A stretch of 63,142 bases of DNA, the filler included, from Olpidium bornovanus S191 (Eukaryota > Fungi > Olpidiomycota): assembly GCA_017911155.1 (NCBI GenBank). It is 32 parts of 32 records of this genome, joined end to end, with 100 filler letters (N's around TTAATTAATTAA, not from the genome) between each part and the next. Parts side by side here need not be neighbours in the genome. Positions count along the whole stretch, not along the records: positions 57,184 to 58,754 come from JAEFCI010002743.1; positions 58,855 to 63,142 come from JAEFCI010005290.1; 30 more parts are not named here. One strand, written 5' to 3'. The position numbers and the translations under genes were made by a program. The notes under the pieces were generated by a model. It was not told the DNA's origin, did not search any database, and worked only from the letters and a program-made list of their open reading frames with translations. Below are positions 57,184-63,142 of this stretch, in pieces. The first letter of the stretch is position 1, and the number at the start of each line of letters is the position of its first letter.

Positions 57184-58653
57184 CATGGCGGGCGGAGACC
57201 TGCTCAGTCTGCTGATAAAGCGAGACGTTTTTGAAGAGGATTTCGCAAAATTCTACGCCGCCGAGATGGTCACGTGTATAGAGGAAGCGCACAGGCTAGG
57301 GTGAGACGCAAAGCGCTCGTCAGATGATTTTGTGTCGTCGCCAGGCTGTAGCCGCAAAATTTTTGGGTCCCGTTTTCCTGTCAATAACTGTCTCCAACGG
57401 CCAATTTCCGTACATTGGGGCAGGTTCATCCATCGCGACATCAAAGTAAGAAGGAAAGGGCGTATGAAAATTCCGGTCCCGGCCACCGTCCAACGGCTTC
57501 AACCCTCCCCTTTCTTCCGCGACTGCGGCTGATACGGACTCATCCTTCAGCCAGACAATTTCCTCTTCGACGAGTACGGCCATCTCAGGCTGTCCGATTT
57601 CGGGTTGGCTACTGATTTCCACTGGGCCCACGACTCGGCGTACTACGAGGCGCACCGGCGCGAGGTGAACGCGATGGCGGAGGCGGACAAGCGAGCCGAC
57701 GAGCGCGAGGGAGTAGCCGGGGTAACGGACGACGAAGCGACGTCGACCCAAGGGGGCGAGGAAGTCCCCCGAATGAACAAGATCCTGGAGTGGAGGGAAG
57801 AGCGGCGTCGGAAAATCGCGTACTCGGTCGTCGGGACGAACAATTATATCGCTCCGGAGGTTTTGAGAGGGACGGGCTACGACAAAGGCTGTGACTGGTA
57901 CGTTTCTCGATCAGTCGTCGATGTGCGCGACCCTTCACGAACGGGGCGATTTTCCTACAGGGGAAACAACGGTAGTCGCCGTGTTGACGCACGTGAGAAT
58001 TGCCTGCAAACCGTCTTTTTCAAAGGTGGAGCCTCGGCGTCATAATCTTTGAAATGCTGTACGGCTATCCTCCGTTTTGCTCCAAGAGCCGGCAGAACAC
58101 GAAGGCCAAAATCCTGAACTGGCGGCAGAACCTCGTCTTCCCGGCCGCGCCGCGGGTGTCGCGAGAGGCGCGGAACTTGATCGAGAACCTCATCTGCGAC
58201 CGCGCGCAGCGGCTCGGCTGCCTGCCGGCGGACCCCTCGGACCCCACCAACACCGGGCTGGGAGATGCGCACGACATCAAGGCCCATCCCTGGTTCCGCG
58301 GCCTAAACTGGGACCGCCAGCTCACGGCGCCCGCGTACTTCGTCCCCAAGCTGAGGAGCGAAACGGACACCCGGTATTTCGACGAGGTCGAGGCTGACGA
58401 GACCATCCCTCCCGAGGACGCGCCGCCGGAGGGAGGAGGCGGCGGCGGAGAGGACGACTCCAACAACCCCGACGCCGCCGTCTTCGACGTGAGGAAGAAC
58501 CTGGCGTTCGTGGGGTTTACCTACCGGGCGGTCAACAAGCCCAGAAAGGGGAGGGACCAAAACGTTGGCGGCGGCGTTTATCACCTCGCCGCGGCGTCAG
58601 GGCCGCCGGCCTTCGACACCGACGGCGACGGCGGTCGTCCGTCAAACATGTGA
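57184..58653 (+). CDS. NDR/LATS-family AGC kinase (Cbk1/COT-1/Orb6-related), catalytic and C-terminal part
   Basis: MAGGDLLSLLIK..FYAAEM / FIHRDIK / PDNFLFD..HLRLSDFGLAT, insert, AYSVVGTNNYIAPEVL..CDW / WSLGVIIFEMLYGYPPF..KILNW..IKAHPWF..DTRYFD..LAFVGFTYR; stop at 58653. Confidence 0.95.
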
Positions 58654-58854
58654 AAGGAACATGCATGTTTCGGTACGGCGAGAACCAGCCGCAATCAAGA
58701 ATTTCTTTTTCACTCACGCATCGCGTCTAATAATTCAAAGCCCCCCGCCGCCCCNNNNNNNNNNNNNNNNNNNNNNNNNNNNNNNNNNNNNNNNNNNNTT
58801 AATTAATTAANNNNNNNNNNNNNNNNNNNNNNNNNNNNNNNNNNNNNNNNNNNN

Positions 58855-61800
58855 CCCCCCGCTCAAAAAAAAAAAACCACCTGAACACGACATCCCACGC
58901 TTTTGCCGTCTGTGCAGCTCGTCCGCCAAGTGCACACTGTCGCTGACTAGGATCTTTTGCGAACCCTCGAGCAGCGACGACTGTCGGTCGCGCGCGCCGA
59001 ACACCTCAAGTCAGTGCGTTCGACAGGTCCCCGGCGCTCGGAGCCGAAAGAAAAGAAAACAGCAGAACGCCCCCTTCTTCTCCCGGGCGCGGTCTCAGCC
59101 TCAAAATTCTGTATGTGACACACCTGCAGGTTGTAATCAAACAGGATCTTTTGCAGTGAACCCTTCAGACCTGGTATCTCCAGGCCCTCGGGCACCCGCC
59201 TGATGAGCTTTACCGGGTCGACGTGCGTCGCAGCGTTCTCCAGCAATCCTTTTATGAACGCTGTGTGTGGCCCCGCCCCGCACCCCCCCCCCCCGAAAAC
59301 ACCGGTAAGTTGAACGCACGGCTCCGCAATCCGTCGCCAAGAAGCGGGAAAAAAAAACTCGCCTGGTTTGTCAAGGGAGTATGCCAAAAGATCCTCCCAC
59401 AGCTCCGGGTCGTCCTGCGTTGTCGCGAATTCGATCGCCCGCTCTACGTCGCCCATCCTCTCGATAATCAGTCCCAGTGCCCGCGTGTTGTTGCCCATCC
59501 TGCCCAGGATAAAAACCATTTCCGGCACTAGGTCCCGCTGCTCGCAAATCGCATACGACTGGTTCGCCCCGCAAAGAGAAACGTCACCGAAGGACAAAAA
59601 AAGGGTTACAATGTATGTGCCAACAAAAAAGAAAATAAGACGCAATGACCCCCACCCAGCTCCCCCGCCTTTTGCGGGGCCGCGAAGCTTTTCCACCTTT
59701 TCCAAGGAATAGTAATTACTGGCTTTGAGGAAGTCCAGCAACTTGGACCTTTCGAATTCGGCGTACAGCTCGACTTGAAGGTCGTGGAAGTCGCTGCCCA
59801 GCGATGCGTCCCTCTCGAATACTGCGTCGAGGTACGTGTGCAGGAGAGCGGGTCGCGGAAAGAGTTGGTCGACAACCAGCGGCACCTAACAACAAGCGGC
59901 AGAGAGGGGAGGCAGATAGGTAAAGAAAGAGAAAGAGAGAGCCACATGAGCACATGCCCCTTACCATCACGTGCGTTCGCGAGTCCAAGATGCACGCAAA
60001 ACCCCTCAAACATTGAAAACAAAAAACCATCTTACCGGAATCTCGTCCGTGTGCGTCACCATCATATGCAAAGCGGGCCCGCGCGAGACCTTGCGGAGGC
60101 CGAGGAGGGACCCGATGCTGCCGAAATCCTTGGCCCTGGCGAGCGCTTCCTTGCCGTCGGCGGCGGCCGCGGCCTTCTGGCGCAGGTTCTTCCGCTCCCA
60201 CCTCCGATCAAACTCCATGAGCACGACCGCCTTGTCGCGGATGTCGGAGAACAGGTTGTGCTCGCGCACGAGGTCCACCGCGTTCTCGTCGCCCAGACGG
60301 AGCTGGTATTCGAGCGCCTTGCCCGGCCGGCCTTCGGCCACGTACAGCTCCGCCAGCGCGCGCATCAAGACGTCGCGGTCTTCCCTCGCCGACGCGGCGG
60401 CCTCGTCAGCCGGCGCCGGCGCTCCCTCCGAGTCCTGCAGCGACGCGGAGGACGAATCCGGGCTGGCGTCGAGCTCGTCCGTGTCGCGCGGCAACGCCGC
60501 TTCTATCTCGGCAAGGCGGTCGCGCACCGCCTTGACCACGGCATTCGCGTCGTACAGACTCGCCGGCCAACGCCGAATCATCGTGAGGAGGGTCTGCATC
60601 AAAACGGGCGAAATTCCTAGATCAATGCGCTCGACGGCTTGCGAGTTACACAAGACCCCAAACTGCAAAAGTGGAAAATCGCTCACGTGGTAGTCCCTGG
60701 AGAGGAAATAAGCGATAACCATCTCGTAAACGGTGCTTGAGAGCTGGGGCTGGCTCACCGGGATGTAGGGCGAGATGGCCTGCCGACATCACTTTCGTCA
60801 GCTTGCAAACCCTGTCGCGCAACCCGACCGCGTGCGCGCGGGAACGTTTCATGCTGACCTTCAGTTGTCGCAGCTCCGTGAACCGGAACACCCAGTCTTC
60901 CCATCTGCGGGCGTCATCGGACAAGACCTTCGAACACAGAGCCGCAGCACGATCATATTCACCTTTACGAAGATTACGTAAAGTAACGTGTCCGTGAGAG
61001 CGTCCATATTGCGAAAAACCGCGCGCCAACGGGCACTTTTTGAGAAACAGGCGGCGATTGAACAACAGCAAGCGGTAATAAAGAAAGAAAGCAACTCGTC
61101 CGCACCTAGCTCCACGAGATGCGAAAGGAACTTCTGGCCGATCGACTCCACCGTGTAACCTTGTTTTGAGGTGTACGGCATCGCCTCTTCTAGTGCCGCA
61201 AGGGCTTCCTCGTACTTGAAGTGACCCAACAACCACCCAATATGGTCATCCAGATCTCTCGGCTGAGCGACTACCAAATCCTTGGGGCTGACAACGTAGA
61301 AGAGGTCTTCGGACGGAAAATAATCTATTCCCGATGCAGATAGGTCAAACGCAAAGCGGACCAGCGCCGAATCGATTTCTCAATTGCCCCGGAATGGGAA
61401 TCAGGCGCATACCAAAAACGTAATCATTGGGCTGGTAGTACTCAAAGCCAGTCAGCGACAGGGCATCGCTGGAGAGCTCTTCATTCTTGCTGTCGACGAT
61501 GCGAAGCTCAGGCCGACAGGCAACCTGCGCAAAACGGACAAAAAACCCCACTCATAGTCAACGACCGCGATCGGAGGGGCCGCTGCCAATTCTCGCGCGG
61601 TCCGCTTTCATTTTCTTTTTCTTTCTTGTCACCTTCCGGCGCTGCTCCTCCTCGTCTTCCGTCTGTTCGTTTTCGATCATGCGGTCGACCGTGTATGTCA
61701 GGAGCAGCAGCATGTCACGGAAGGGAGCCACCCCACTGATGATGTAGTCAGTCTGGAACCTGGAAAGACAGATTCCGAAACGGTTCAGTAAGAGACCGGA

Positions 61801-62930
61801 AAGGTCAAACGGACGGGCCGAAATTCTCAGGCGGATTGGTTTGCGGATGGGCGCTTTGCTCTACGCACATCGTCAATACGTCCACCTGGAATGTCGGAAC
61901 GGAAGCCGCGACCAAGCTCCCGCGAGGACGCTCCTAAAGCCGAGCAGAAATTATGAGCTCGTTCCTTGTTCTAAACATGGGTTTGCGCGGGAAAAACAGG
62001 TTGCAGGGAACGCGAACGGACGGAGGGGAGGGGGGGGGAGGGTTCACTTTTCAGTCACGCACCCTCACGCGGGCGACCTCTACCCAGTTCGCCCAACCGA
62101 TCAGGAGGGTGTCATCGCTCTTCCACCGCAAATGGCACTTGTAAAGGTCAGGTCTGGGACTGCCTTGCGGGCGGTCGATGTGCGCAACGCGAGCGGCACT
62201 GACGACGTCGTAGATGTTGACGCCCTTTATCAACACCAGCACACCACGGAATGAGCAGGACGGGCGTCTCATGGTTCCAGACGTGCGCGTCGTTTGGCGG
62301 GCACCAAAACAACACGACACTGACCACGTCGTTGGACCACGCGATTAAATTGCCGCGCCACTGCATGCTAATGATAGGTCCCTCCCCGGAGTGAAGCGTC
62401 GTATCCTTATGCGTGAACCACCCTGCAAAGTGGCGACCATGCCTGTCGTCAAGCCCTAATAATTACCGCTACAACCAGTCCCTAACGTGCTAGAAACCAA
62501 GTGCCTCAAGCACCTTTTTCGTTCATGATGAGCTGCCCAGCCATTCCGCCAGATACGAACTGCTTCGAGCTCTTCCGGCTGTACTCCGGGTCGATCGCGA
62601 CGCACTTTACCGGCCGGCGGTAGTCGAACGCGATGACCTCCGGCGTATACAAGGCGTTGACGACGACTTTGCCTTCGGGCACGAAACAAGGCGTTTTCCG
62701 GCGATCGCGTGTGAGCAGATCCGTGCGGCCGCAGGTAAACGTTACTACGCGGCCGAGTCGCGTTTCGCGGTAACAAGGAGCTAATTACCGTCGTCAGAAG
62801 CGGATGCCACGTACTCTCCGGCGTTGTCTATGCTCAAGTGGTTCACGGTTGCCGCATGGGAACGAAATCTCTTCACTTCGTTTCCGTCGAAGTCAAGTAT
62901 GTGTATCACTCCCCAATGCGTACCGAGGGC
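58855..62930 (-). CDS. VPS41: HOPS subunit Vps41, multi-exon, truncated at both ends
   Basis: ALGTHWGVIHILDFDGN..SHAATVN..EYVASASDDG / FDYRRPVKCVAIDP..QFVSGG / W.GNLIAW.ND / PRPDLYKCHL.W..LLIGW / RDLDDHI.WLL..KYEEAL / VYEMVIAYFL / clathrin-repeat C-terminus (LKASNYYSLEK, MVFILGRMGN, DPELWEDL, IPGLK.SL.KIL.DYNLQ). Confidence 0.95.
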
Positions 62931-63039
62931 CTGCGCACGACCAGAATAGCCCCGTGGCGGGTGCCCCCGCGTGACGGATCGTTTCAGACGGCGCGGGGCG
63001 GAAACGAAAAAAAAAGAAAAGAAAAGAAAAAAAAAAGAA

Positions 63040-63142
63040 GAAACAGAAGAAAAAGACGAAAAAGGAGAAAAAGGAGAAAAAGAAGAAAAAGAAGAAAAAG
63101 AAGAAAAAGAAGAAAAAGAAGAAAAAGAAGAAACAGAAGAAA
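63040..63142. repeat. 9-bp purine tandem repeat (AAAAAGAAG)n in a VPS41 intron
   Basis: Directly visible at the window end. Confidence 0.8.

Overview
This is not one continuous locus. It is 32 short contigs (about 1.0-4.5 kb) joined by 31 identical artificial 100-bp linkers (44 N + TTAATTAATTAA + 44 N, stops in all six frames), so adjacency across linkers means nothing. The DNA is from an intron-rich, GC-rich eukaryote with long homopolymer tracts in introns. Trifunctional HIS4, a chitin deacetylase, an SPX protein and a Hal-family kinase indicate a fungus. ARL2BP, a gene associated with ciliated lineages, suggests a zoosporic early-diverging fungus (Olpidium-like is my guess, unverified). 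Recognisable, mostly truncated host genes: CTF4/WDHD1, SPX (Gde1-like), an SDR, ARL2BP, CDC37, chitin deacetylase, RPS11, eIF3m, HIS4, a Sel1-repeat tail-anchored protein, C9orf78/Tls1, DNAJB12/HLJ1, a ZZ+EF-hand protein, a Hal4/Sat4-like kinase, RRP45, GOS1, PRE10, an NDR kinase and VPS41. There are two tRNAs (Ser-CGA, Gly-CCC) and many decayed transposon relics (Ty3/gypsy, Ty1/copia, pogo-like, DDE). The best lead is a ~1.5-kb block of frameshifted actinobacterial-type DNA (esterase 3' end, convergent beta-propeller 3' half, a third unknown ORF). It is fused directly to a copia integrase relic and lies between two intron-containing host genes on one contig (52970-54460). Second is a Ty5/copia-type mini-LTR with a half-tRNA(iMet) primer site sitting upstream of a gypsy-type gag (36469-37990). 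About a third of contig ends fall at CATG. Family assignments come from motif recognition from memory; no searches were run.
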